57,395 nt of DNA from a virus (Duplodnaviria > Caudoviricetes). The translations under genes were made by a program, and so were the position numbers. This document shows positions 33,636-42,914 of the stretch, piece by piece (positions within the stretch are counted from its first letter, which is position 1; every line of letters begins with the position of its first letter). The DNA lies in IMG/VR virus record IMGVR_UViG_3300036791_001261, positions 1-57,395 of that record; one strand, written 5' to 3'. The notes below the pieces were generated by a model. The model was not told where the DNA came from and made no database searches. It worked only from the letters and a program-made list of their open reading frames with translations.

Positions 33636-35000
33636 TTGGCTCAACCTGGCTACACTTACCTCACACTCGGAGGCGCGCGTACGGAACTCGCCGCGCGCCT
33701 CGAAGACAACGGAAGGCCCGGACAGTCGCCGCTCGTCTTCTGGACGGCTGCGGAGCTGAACGATCTCATCGCGGAGGCCGTCCGCACCTGGCAGGCGCTG
33801 ACCGGCACGTACAAGCAGCGCGCCACATTCCAAATTGAGCCCAGCGGCGGCGTGGGCGGTAGCGCGTTCTACGATCTGCGCAGCATGCCTTCGGGCATTC
33901 TGAGCTTCTACGTCACGGATCTGCAGATCGTCAACATGGTGCTGGCCTGCCTGCTGGAGCCGCCGCTCACGCCCACCTGGACCGGCACCGGCCAATACTT
34001 CTTCGACCAGATCGTCAACACGTTGCAGAACCGCATCAATCGCTGGCTGACGGACACCGGTGCGAACGTGACACGGCAGATCCAGAATGTCGGCACAGGA
34101 CCATCGGCGGCGCGCACGTTCCTGCCCGAGGCCGTACTCGACGTGCGGCGCGCGGCGTGGGTCAACACCGTCGGCAAATACAGCACGCTATGGCGCGACG
34201 ATGAATACGCCATGCAGGCGTTTCTCAACTCCGGCTCGCTGGCGCCGGTCGACCCGCCGCTCGTCTGGGGCAAGTTCACTCTCCCGCCGGTCGGCGTCGA
34301 GGTCTACCCGCCGCCGCTCAATCCCGGCGAGCTGGAGACGCTGGTCGTAACCAGCGGCCCGCAGATCGGCACCACGCCGGCCACCGTCTACGACACGCCC
34401 ACGGTGCTGAACATTCCGGAGGATTTCGTATGGGGGATGATCTTCGGCGCGCTGAGCGATCTGTTCTCGGCGGACGGGCCGGCGCGTGATCCCGACCGAG
34501 CCGTATACGCCGAGACCCGTTACCAGGAGTCCGCCGAGCTGTACCGCCTGAACCCTACGTTACTCCAGACGCAGATCGACGGCGTGCCGATCTGGTCGGG
34601 CTCTGTGTTCGAGATGGACTCGTTCCTGGCCACCTGGCAATCGAACCCGGGCGTGCCGCAGTTCGCGGGTATGTGTGATCGCAACCTGGTCGCCTTCGGG
34701 CCGACGCCGGACAGCACCTACAGCGTCACCATGGACGTGGTCGGCAATATCCCCGTACCGGGCGGCGATGCCGACTACCTGCAGGTGGATCGCGGTGTGA
34801 TCAATCCGTTGATTGACTACGCCTTTCACTTGGCCAGTTTCAAGATGGCGGGCCCCGAGTTTCACAACACCGACAAGCTGCGCCAGAACTTCTACAAGGC
34901 CGCCGCGCTCGAGAATAGCCGCCTCACCAAGGCCAACTTCTACCGCACGGCGCTGCAGTTGCCCGCTATGCGGCAACAGGCGGAGGTGCCAAGGATCTGA
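33636..35000 (+). CDS. Adaptor/tail-associated protein (two adaptor-like repeats)
   Basis: FWT..ELND.I.EA.R.W, VYPPP and FGPTPD motifs. Confidence 0.65.
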   Translation: MAQPGYTYLTLGGARTELAARLEDNGRPGQSPLVFWTAAELNDLIAEAVRTWQALTGTYKQRATFQIEPSGGVGGSAFYDLRSMPSGILSFYVTDLQIVNMVLACLLEPPLTPTWTGTGQYFFDQIVNTLQNRINRWLTDTGANVTRQIQNVGTGPSAARTFLPEAVLDVRRAAWVNTVGKYSTLWRDDEYAMQAFLNSGSLAPVDPPLVWGKFTLPPVGVEVYPPPLNPGELETLVVTSGPQIGTTPATVYDTPTVLNIPEDFVWGMIFGALSDLFSADGPARDPDRAVYAETRYQESAELYRLNPTLLQTQIDGVPIWSGSVFEMDSFLATWQSNPGVPQFAGMCDRNLVAFGPTPDSTYSVTMDVVGNIPVPGGDADYLQVDRGVINPLIDYAFHLASFKMAGPEFHNTDKLRQNFYKAAALENSRLTKANFYRTALQLPAMRQQAEVPRI

Positions 35001-35092
35001 TGACGCCCATGGATCTCATCTTGGCGCTTCTGATAGTCGCCCTTATAGTCGCCGCTTACCTCGCCGGGAAATCTCATGGGAGGAGGCGCTGA
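35000..35092 (+). CDS. 30-aa single-TM peptide with basic tail
   Basis: [30 protein letters not shown]; TGATG overlaps on both sides. Confidence 0.65.
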   Translation: MTPMDLILALLIVALIVAAYLAGKSHGRRR

Positions 35093-36174
35093 TGCAGCGG
35101 GCGCAGGGATTCGCGCAGCAGGGCAACCGGCTGGTGTGGACGGCGGGGCTGTCGTCGTCCAATCTCGTCCAGGAGAGTTGGCCCTTCGCTACCATTGCGG
35201 TCTACCTCACTGGCACCGCGACGCTGGCCGAGATTTACGCCGACAACCTGCTCCCGCCCACGCCGCGCCCCAACCCTTTCACCGCCAACCAGGACGGCTA
35301 TTGGTGGTTCTATGCGGCCAACGGCCGCTATGACGTGATGATGACGTCGGGGAACCTCTCCTGGACTATTAGCGATCTGCCTCTCGTTGATACCGGCATC
35401 AATTTCCGGGGCATTGTCACCGACACCTCGCAGTTGCCGCTGACCGGCAACGGAGTGGGCGATGCCTTTTGGAACTCGACCACCGGCGTTCTGTGGGTGT
35501 GGGACGGCACGCAATGGACAAACTCCGGCTCATTCATGGGCCCTCAGGGCGCAACGGGACCGCAAGGCGCAGCAGGCACTCCTGGGGCGACCGGCCCGCA
35601 GGGACCGATGGGCCCGCCCGGCCACAGCACGACCATCCAGGGGAGCGTACCGGACTCCAGCCAGTTGCCGCCCTCGGCGAACGAGGGGGACGCCTACATC
35701 GACGACTCGACCGGCGATCTCTGGTCATGGACGGGTACCGCCTGGATAAACGTGGGCAAGATCATGGGGCCGCAAGGTCCCGTCGGTCCGGTCGGTCCCG
35801 GTGGTCCGCAGGGGCCGCAAGGACCGCAAGGAATTCAGGGACCGCAGGGGATTTCGGGGGTGCCGGGGGCGCAGGGCCCACCGGGGCCGAGTGGCAGCGG
35901 TATCGGCGCGGGCGGCCCCGTTACCGCGCAGCGCGCGTTCAATGTCAGCTACGTCAACAACACCGGCAGCGCGATGATGGTTACGGTCAGCGCGGAGCTT
36001 GCCTCGTCCGCCACGGTAGCCGCTACCGTCAATGGCACGCTGGTCGCGGAAATCTGGAACACACCTACCGAATACAACATCTGTGCCCTGTCATTCTGGG
36101 TGCTCCCAGGGCAGAGCTACGAATGTCAGGGAGCCGGGGGTCCTATTTTGCAAGTCTGGAGCGAATGGTGGTGA
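35092..36174 (+). CDS. Short collagen-like fibre with virion-attachment N-terminus
   Basis: LAEIYADN...[17 protein letters not shown] anchor; 2 Trp knobs + Gly-X-Y repeats. Confidence 0.8.
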   Translation: MQRAQGFAQQGNRLVWTAGLSSSNLVQESWPFATIAVYLTGTATLAEIYADNLLPPTPRPNPFTANQDGYWWFYAANGRYDVMMTSGNLSWTISDLPLVDTGINFRGIVTDTSQLPLTGNGVGDAFWNSTTGVLWVWDGTQWTNSGSFMGPQGATGPQGAAGTPGATGPQGPMGPPGHSTTIQGSVPDSSQLPPSANEGDAYIDDSTGDLWSWTGTAWINVGKIMGPQGPVGPVGPGGPQGPQGPQGIQGPQGISGVPGAQGPPGPSGSGIGAGGPVTAQRAFNVSYVNNTGSAMMVTVSAELASSATVAATVNGTLVAEIWNTPTEYNICALSFWVLPGQSYECQGAGGPILQVWSEWW

Positions 36175-36177
36175 TGC

Positions 36178-39100
36178 ATGGCCGAATTCCAGCGCAAGCC
36201 GATTCCGTTTCTGCACAATGGCATGAACTGGAACAGCCCCGTGGAGAAACTAGCCGACGGCCAGGTACCGTGGGTCAAGAATGCGCGCGTGCTCGAACGC
36301 GGCACGGTCTCTAGCGCCCACGGCTTCAGCGACGCCTTCCCCGGCCATCACCTAGCCGACGCCTACCTGCACTCACTCTCGCGGCTGAACGTCCTGAACC
36401 TGGAGTACGACCCAAACCTGCGTCGCACTTATGTCATGGGCGGCGATCAGGAGCTGTTCGTGTTCCAGGATGGCCCCATCCTGACGAACTCTACGCTCAA
36501 TCCCGTATCGACTCCGCTGGGCCAGTTCGGCGGCTTCTCCGGCAACCCGCTCTCCATCGTCGACGCGCAGCCGGCCGGCGCGGCGGTGGCGTGGAAGTAC
36601 ATCGCCGACTCGAAGCAGATGGTCACGGCGGGCTACTATCCGTCCGACGTCGCCGGCGAAACGATGGGGCGGTGTCTGACCGTGGGCCTGACGCCGCCGG
36701 TAAACCAGGCCATCCCGTCGGTGTATGGGGCCGGCAATCTCCTCGGCGACTATCAGTGGTCCTTCGCTTACCGGCGTGTGCCCACCGGTGCGCGGTCCAA
36801 TCCGAGCGCGGCGACCAGGCAATGCGTAGGCCCGGCCTCGACCACCTGCAAACCGGCTCTGACGCTCACTAGCCAATCGGCCACCATGATATTGCCGACG
36901 CCCCCCAACGACCCGCAGACGGGGAATCCCGACCCCAACGTCGTGATCGACATTTACCGCTTCGGCGGCGCGGTGCTGCGCTGGGCGCTAGTTGGTTCCG
37001 GCGCTGGAGGCACGCAGTTCATCGACAACACGTTGGATCTCGACTTACTCGCCGCGCCGTCGCCTCCGCAGGTGACGGACGCCAGCACCGGCCAAACTCG
37101 ATTCAATCTGTTCCGGCCGTTTGTGACGGGGGATATCGACCGGGCGGGCACAGCCAGTATTGATGCTATCCCGCTAGGAAACCATGCCTGGGTGCTCAAT
37201 TTTACGGCTGGCACCGACGGCAAGACGACAGAGTTCAACACGAACTGGCTGCCGGGGTCGACCATCACCGTGTTTGGCCACGCCTTCACCATCTACCAGG
37301 TCATCTCCCCAACCAAGCTGGAGCTGATGGACGATGCGACCGGTATTCTGGTTCGGGGCGACAGTTACCCCTGGAGCATCGCCGCTGGCACGCTCAAGGC
37401 GGGGACGCCCCTCGCGCACCTGTGGGGACCGTATGGCGTCGGCCAGTCTGGATCGTATCTGTTCGCCTGCGGCGACCAGAACTCCACGGGCACGCTGTAC
37501 TGGACCAACGGCAACGATCCCGACTCGACGGACATCGTCAATAACATCGTCGTGACCAGCCCTTCGGAAAAACTGGTTACGGGCTGCATCTACAACGGCC
37601 AGCCATGGTGCTGGTCGACCGAGCGCCAGTTTCAGGTCAACCCCTCGCTTACGGTTTTCGGCCAATTCACCACGCAGGAGATGGCTGGCGCCCGGGGATG
37701 CTGGCTCGAATGGTCGCTCTCCGTGCAGTCCAATGGCTTCGCGGATCAGAGTGTCACATGGCGCGGCAAGGACGGACTCTATGATTGGTCCGCCAATGGA
37801 GGCCTGCAGAGGCTGACGGATCCGCTCTATGCGTTTTTCCCGCACGATGGGCATCCCGGCATTGCGCCCGAGACCATCATGCCGTTCATCGGACCCAACT
37901 CCGAACAGCCGGAACATGTCGGCAACCTAGCGGACGGCAGCGTGGCCGACGGCTCGCCGGCCACCAAGTATCACCGGACGTGCTGGTTTCAGGGGCTACT
38001 GTTCTATGACTTCGTGGCCTTGACGGAAGACACCTCGGGCGCGAGTGTGAACACTTTCTCGACGCTCGTCTGGGATACGGTCAACATCCAGGGTGGCGGC
38101 TGGGTGTCACTCGATCAGCCGTTCGCCGACACCACCAAGCCCGTAGCCCGTTTCGTGGAAGTCGGAGCGAACGATTCCACGGTCGACAGTCAGATCCCCG
38201 AGAGTGGCATTGGCCTGGGGCCGGCACAACGCGGCGGCAATCTCAAAGTGACCTGGGGAGGAACCATCTACGACTACCTGGGCTTCACGCGCGGTTTCGA
38301 GACTCGCATCATCACTCGCGCCGAAGACATGGGAGACTCGCGGGCTCCCAAGCTATGGGGCGACTACTGGCTGGATTGCTCGCCCGTGAGTCAGATCACT
38401 GTCGTCCCCCTGGTCAATTTCAACCTGTCCAACATCACGCCCAACACGATCCCGCCGCCCGCAGGCTTTCCGCCGCCGCCTACCCTGCCGCCTCCGCCCT
38501 CGCTGCAGATCGTCGAGCGCACGCAATACGTACTCGATTTCTTCGACATGTTGATCGCGGGCGGCAAGGGTCTGCTCAACAACACGCTCGGCCTGGACGT
38601 GCGCTGGATCGCGCCGGACGGCCAGTATCTCACGACCATCAATCAGTGGCAGCCGTCGTTCATCATCAAGCCCGAAGTGCTGCAGTTCCGCGCGCAGGAT
38701 CGCGACGATCAAGGCGCAATCCAGGCGAAATACCTGATGGGCATGAACATGGAGGCCAACACCAACGTGTTCGACGAAACGCCCGTCCCGAGCTTCGTGC
38801 TGAATGTAATCGTCGACGGCCAGGTCGTCGCGCAGCCGCTCGTCCAGCATGACGGCCAGACCATCAAGCCCTACGGCTGGGAGCCCGTCGCGGGCTACGA
38901 GTTCCAGGTGCAGATGAGCTATCCGGAGGCCGTCAATTGGCAGCTGTTCAAGGTCAATTGGCTCTTCGAGCCGTGGCCCGACGCCGTGGTGCGCAAGTAC
39001 CCCTTCACTAGCCTGGGAGAGACGGGCGACAAGTTCATCCAGGGCATCGTGCTGCCCATGGAGACCAACGGTGAACCGGCCACGGTGGGAGTCTGGTTCG

Positions 39101-39636
39101 ACGACACAAACCAAACCGAGACCTGGACCAAGACGACCCTGCCGCTAAAGAAAACCGGCGTGGTGCTGGATATGCCGGAGCCGATCATCGCGCACTTTAT
39201 CCAGTTTGAGACCCTCACGCCGCATCGTATCTGGCCCGCCGAAGCCAAGGTCGTCTGGGAGCCGGTCCCCGAGCTGACCAGCACCTGGCAGACACAGGAG
39301 ACCGATCATGACTTGGGCACCTGGCACCACCTGCGCGACTGCTTCATCGCCTACATGGGCGGCACCGGCTCGCCGATCTTTACCGTCACCGACGAATACG
39401 AATCGGTGCAATATGTGCTCGACCCGGTGAGTCCCGGCCAGTTCATCCGCTGCTATCGCGTGCTGAAGCCCATGAAGGCGAAGTGGCACAGGTACCGCGT
39501 CGACGGTGGTGTTCCGGGCATTCGCCTCTACGTCAGGGACACCATCGTGCGCGTCAAGGAATGGGGCTCGATCGCCCCCTACGTCAGTGCACAACCGTTC
39601 GGCGATCTGAGCCGCGCTGCCGGAGCGAGAATATGA
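36178..39636 (+). CDS. Tail nozzle/hub-like large structural protein
   Basis: 1152 aa, beta-rich; N-terminal GMNW.SP...N motif; LYWT...DPDS; position before the ejection genes. Confidence 0.65.
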   Translation: MAEFQRKPIPFLHNGMNWNSPVEKLADGQVPWVKNARVLERGTVSSAHGFSDAFPGHHLADAYLHSLSRLNVLNLEYDPNLRRTYVMGGDQELFVFQDGPILTNSTLNPVSTPLGQFGGFSGNPLSIVDAQPAGAAVAWKYIADSKQMVTAGYYPSDVAGETMGRCLTVGLTPPVNQAIPSVYGAGNLLGDYQWSFAYRRVPTGARSNPSAATRQCVGPASTTCKPALTLTSQSATMILPTPPNDPQTGNPDPNVVIDIYRFGGAVLRWALVGSGAGGTQFIDNTLDLDLLAAPSPPQVTDASTGQTRFNLFRPFVTGDIDRAGTASIDAIPLGNHAWVLNFTAGTDGKTTEFNTNWLPGSTITVFGHAFTIYQVISPTKLELMDDATGILVRGDSYPWSIAAGTLKAGTPLAHLWGPYGVGQSGSYLFACGDQNSTGTLYWTNGNDPDSTDIVNNIVVTSPSEKLVTGCIYNGQPWCWSTERQFQVNPSLTVFGQFTTQEMAGARGCWLEWSLSVQSNGFADQSVTWRGKDGLYDWSANGGLQRLTDPLYAFFPHDGHPGIAPETIMPFIGPNSEQPEHVGNLADGSVADGSPATKYHRTCWFQGLLFYDFVALTEDTSGASVNTFSTLVWDTVNIQGGGWVSLDQPFADTTKPVARFVEVGANDSTVDSQIPESGIGLGPAQRGGNLKVTWGGTIYDYLGFTRGFETRIITRAEDMGDSRAPKLWGDYWLDCSPVSQITVVPLVNFNLSNITPNTIPPPAGFPPPPTLPPPPSLQIVERTQYVLDFFDMLIAGGKGLLNNTLGLDVRWIAPDGQYLTTINQWQPSFIIKPEVLQFRAQDRDDQGAIQAKYLMGMNMEANTNVFDETPVPSFVLNVIVDGQVVAQPLVQHDGQTIKPYGWEPVAGYEFQVQMSYPEAVNWQLFKVNWLFEPWPDAVVRKYPFTSLGETGDKFIQGIVLPMETNGEPATVGVWFDDTNQTETWTKTTLPLKKTGVVLDMPEPIIAHFIQFETLTPHRIWPAEAKVVWEPVPELTSTWQTQETDHDLGTWHHLRDCFIAYMGGTGSPIFTVTDEYESVQYVLDPVSPGQFIRCYRVLKPMKAKWHRYRVDGGVPGIRLYVRDTIVRVKEWGSIAPYVSAQPFGDLSRAAGARI

Positions 39637-40061
39637 GCCAACGCAATCAGACCGCCGGCTGGCTTCCCAATCTCACCAACCTGGGCCTGCCCCGGCAGCT
39701 CACCGACGGGATCACGCAGAATTTCACGCTGCTCTACTCGCTGCGTGACACAGCCTCGCAGACCGCGACCGACGTCAGCCGCATGAACCAGTACGGCGCG
39801 CACACCAAGCGCGTGCAGCAGATCGCGGCGGCCAGCTCCCCCAACGGCGGGCTCTACTTCGAAACCGATCGGGCTACGGCGTTTTATCAGTCGCGCCTGG
39901 CGCAGGCCGGGGGGACGCCCCGCTGGTTCTATGCGGGCGGCATCTACTACGACGTCCTGGCCAATCAGCCCACCGACCTGGGCACCGACGACACCGGCTT
40001 CCTGTTCCTGGCGGGGACGCAGCTGTATCGCTGGAACGGCGCCAGTTGGGATACGGTATAG
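39633..40061 (+). CDS. Small virion protein with Trp-knob motifs
   Basis: GLYFETDR, LYRWNGASW; ATGA overlap. Confidence 0.65.
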   Translation: MSQRNQTAGWLPNLTNLGLPRQLTDGITQNFTLLYSLRDTASQTATDVSRMNQYGAHTKRVQQIAAASSPNGGLYFETDRATAFYQSRLAQAGGTPRWFYAGGIYYDVLANQPTDLGTDDTGFLFLAGTQLYRWNGASWDTV

Positions 40062-40063
40062 GC

Positions 40064-40867
40064 ATGGCGACCACCATCGTCAATCCGTCGGGTGGCAGCG
40101 TTCCGGGCATGGACCAGATCGACCAGGCCTTCGGCCGGATCTACAACATGTTCGGCAACCCGGGCCAGAGCAATACCAGCACGGGCGGCACCGGCCCCGG
40201 CGGTATTACGCCGCAGCCGATCTCGGGCTCGGACAACTCGCTCACCGCGTTCTGGCGCGGCCTCTCGAACCTGGCGGGATCGACGGTGCCGAGCTTCCTG
40301 CAGTCAGGCGGCAACCTGCTGGGCACGGGCATGGGCGTGACGCAGGGCGGGCTCGACATGTCGGGGACCGGCTTCGGCACCACAACGCAGGGCCTTCAGA
40401 CCCTGCAGCCGTCGATTGATTTCTACAACAAGATCTTGTCCGGCGACCCCACGGCCACCGCGCAAGCGCTCGCCCCCACGGCGGCGAATATCTCGCAGAT
40501 CACGTCAGGTGCGACCAACCAGGCAACCCAGGGACTGCCTGGGGGTGGCTACCGGGCCGCCACCCTGGCCGGTCTGCCGTATGCGCAGGCCGCGCAGGTG
40601 GGCAACGCGGCGCTCCAGCTGCAGCCGGCGGCGGCTACGGCTCTCGGGCAGCTCGGCGGCGAACAGGCGCAGATCGGCGCCACGCAGGCGGGTATTGGCC
40701 AGGGCGTTTCGCAGACCGGCCTGGGCGTCGGCCAGTTGGGAACCGTGCTCACCGGCCAGGGCCTGCAGACATTGCAAAACACGATCGCTGACGTGCTCAG
40801 CAAGATGGGGATCAACATTCAGGGCGGAACTGCGAATCTGTTCAGCCAGATCGTGGGGTCGCTATAA
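40064..40867 (+). CDS. Gly/Gln/Ala-rich ejection (pilot)-like protein
   Basis: Low-complexity G/Q/A/L heptads typical of DNA-pilot proteins. Confidence 0.65.
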   Translation: MATTIVNPSGGSVPGMDQIDQAFGRIYNMFGNPGQSNTSTGGTGPGGITPQPISGSDNSLTAFWRGLSNLAGSTVPSFLQSGGNLLGTGMGVTQGGLDMSGTGFGTTTQGLQTLQPSIDFYNKILSGDPTATAQALAPTAANISQITSGATNQATQGLPGGGYRAATLAGLPYAQAAQVGNAALQLQPAAATALGQLGGEQAQIGATQAGIGQGVSQTGLGVGQLGTVLTGQGLQTLQNTIADVLSKMGINIQGGTANLFSQIVGSL

Positions 40868-40877
40868 GGGAGGATTT

Positions 40878-41126
40878 ATGGGATTAATTCGCGATGCAGC
40901 TTTGGGAGCCATCACCGGCGGGATGGGTGGCGGCGGGGCTATGGGCGCTTTACAAGGGGCGGCAAAAGGAGCTGCGGGCATGCCTGCCCGTAAGAAACGC
41001 CCTGGCAGCACCGATGTTTCAGGCGCGGGGGAGATTCCAGGGCAGGAGGAATACTCTGACGAAGGCTCAGGAGAGGGTGCCAAGCGCCCCAACGGTAAGC
41101 GCAGCAACGGGAAAAGCAGGCTATAA
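40878..41126 (+). CDS. Small disordered protein starting MGLIRD
   Basis: GGGAGG RBS; Gly-rich N-terminus, basic C-terminus. Confidence 0.65.
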   Translation: MGLIRDAALGAITGGMGGGGAMGALQGAAKGAAGMPARKKRPGSTDVSGAGEIPGQEEYSDEGSGEGAKRPNGKRSNGKSRL

Positions 41127-41129
41127 ACC

Positions 41130-42143
41130 ATGGATCTGAATCTGCTCTTGGGAACGACAAGCGTGTTGGGCATGGGGGCCGGAGTCTGGGCCCTCGTGCT
41201 GCATCGCAAAAACGGCAACGGCCACGCGCTTCCGCAGCCGGTCGAGCCCTGGCAGACGGCACAGCTGGCCGAGACGCTGCAGCCGCTCGCGATGCTGCCT
41301 CACCAGCTAGAGGCCAGCTTCGCGCACTTCCTCGAAGCGTTGGCGCCGGCTGAGCCCGAACCCGAACCCGAGCCCGCGTTTTGGCCGGGTCGCATAACTG
41401 ACCGGCTGGAGGAGATCCGCAACCTCCTGGCCGTCGAGCCACTCTGGCCCGACGAGCTGCGCAAGACGATCGAGCGCCTCGGTGCGGTGCTCGAGGAGCG
41501 CGCTACGGTCCCGGCCCCCGACATCGAGCGTACCCTCGAGCTGCTTGCCCGGGTGCAACCGCCTCCGCCGCCGCAGCGCCCCGACCCCACGGCGGGCCTG
41601 GTGCGTGCGCTCGAGGAGCTTCCCGCGCGCCTGGTGGATATGCTGGCGGCGGAGCGCAATCGCAGGCTGACTTCCGGCAACGTCAACACCACGTCCGGCC
41701 CCGCCGGGGGAGGAGAGGCCGGGGGCGGGAGCGGCGGGAGCCCACCCTCCCGCCGCGTAGCACCCGCGCTACCCAGGCTGCCGCCCACGACGCTGCCGCC
41801 CTCACCCTCGATCCCGGCCGCGTATGTCGCGGGATCCGTTTGGGTCCCGGCCCAGGTGGCGAACCTGCTGGAGCTGATCCAGCAACAGCTCGCCCCCAAC
41901 TGTCCCGGCACCGCCGTGGAGTTCGTCATCGCCGCCGACGAGGGGAACGCTGATCCCGTCCTGGTGGGAGCCGCCTCCTCGCTGGGAGGCCCGCTCACCC
42001 AGGACAACTACGCCTTCAAGCTCACGGCCTCGAGCCCGCCGCGCATTTACCGTTCGACCTATCCGGGGACCTCGACTCCCATCGGCGAGTTGCAGGTGCT
42101 CGCGGCCTCGTCGAGCGTCCTGCATGTGGAGGTGCAATCGTGA
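41130..42143 (+). CDS. N-terminally membrane-anchored protein with a C-terminal domain paralogous to 42140..42502
   Basis: Hydrophobic aa 1-23 then HRK; YVAG...LLELI.QQL...PGT.VEF...DNYA...YR..YPGT.TP...LHVEV. Confidence 0.75.
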   Translation: MDLNLLLGTTSVLGMGAGVWALVLHRKNGNGHALPQPVEPWQTAQLAETLQPLAMLPHQLEASFAHFLEALAPAEPEPEPEPAFWPGRITDRLEEIRNLLAVEPLWPDELRKTIERLGAVLEERATVPAPDIERTLELLARVQPPPPPQRPDPTAGLVRALEELPARLVDMLAAERNRRLTSGNVNTTSGPAGGGEAGGGSGGSPPSRRVAPALPRLPPTTLPPSPSIPAAYVAGSVWVPAQVANLLELIQQQLAPNCPGTAVEFVIAADEGNADPVLVGAASSLGGPLTQDNYAFKLTASSPPRIYRSTYPGTSTPIGELQVLAASSSVLHVEVQS

Positions 42144-42502
42144 GCGCGTTCCCGCCGCGATCTTCGGTTCCGGCTCCGTATGTCGCGGGGACGATCACCG
42201 TGGCTGCGGGTAAGACGTACGGCCTCCTGGAGTTGATTCACCAGCAGCTCTTCCTGGATGTCCCCGGCACCTCTGTAGAGTTCCGCATTGAGGCGGATGC
42301 CACTAACGCGGCTCCGATCTTCGTAGGCGCGACATCGCCGGGAGGCGGCCCGATCAGTTGCGACAACTACGCGTATGCGCTGACGCCCATGGGGCCGTCG
42401 CGCAAGTATCGTGCGTCTTACCCCGGCACCGGCACGCCGCAGGGGGTGCTGCAGGTTTTTGCGCCGGCCGGGGGGAAGTTGCACGTGGAGGTGAACGAAT
42501 AA
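42140..42502 (+). CDS. Stand-alone copy of the same beta-rich domain
   Basis: Aligns by eye over its full length with the C-terminus of 41130..42143. Confidence 0.75.
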   Translation: MSAFPPRSSVPAPYVAGTITVAAGKTYGLLELIHQQLFLDVPGTSVEFRIEADATNAAPIFVGATSPGGGPISCDNYAYALTPMGPSRKYRASYPGTGTPQGVLQVFAPAGGKLHVEVNE

Positions 42503-42714
42503 TGGGTTTGTTTCGCGACATCGTATCCGGCGTCACCGGCGTCCCGCTTGGTGGCAGCAAGAAGCGCTCGTCGAGCAACAGCAGCGACGGCTCGAATTCC
42601 AATCCGGACGACACCGGGGCATCTTCCGATTACGGCGAGAAGTACGGCACGAGCGTGCTGCGGGCCGTAAAGCGCTCCGCGCGGCGTATCACCGACAAGG
42701 GGGACGACCGATGA
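42502..42714 (+). CDS. Small disordered protein starting MGLFRD
   Basis: TAATG overlap, GGAGG RBS. Confidence 0.65.
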   Translation: MGLFRDIVSGVTGVPLGGSKKRSSSNSSDGSNSNPDDTGASSDYGEKYGTSVLRAVKRSARRITDKGDDR

Positions 42715-42911
42715 TCACCAATGGCGTGCGAGATAGCGCGACGCCGGTGCACAGCACCCTGCGCGAGAAGTTCGACTACGCCGGAGCGGTCCACGATCAC
42801 CAGCGCGCGGCGCAGGCTGGTGGGCCTCGCCAGATCGCGCGCGACTTCGGACGGCCGCGCGGATCGGATCGCTTTCCGGCGAAGCGCCGCAGCAGACGAT
42901 CCAAGCGATGA
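42711..42911 (+). CDS. Small protein with Arg-rich tail
   Basis: ATGA overlap; ends KRRSRRSKR. Confidence 0.6.
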   Translation: MITNGVRDSATPVHSTLREKFDYAGAVHDHQRAAQAGGPRQIARDFGRPRGSDRFPAKRRSRRSKR

Positions 42912-42914
42912 ACT

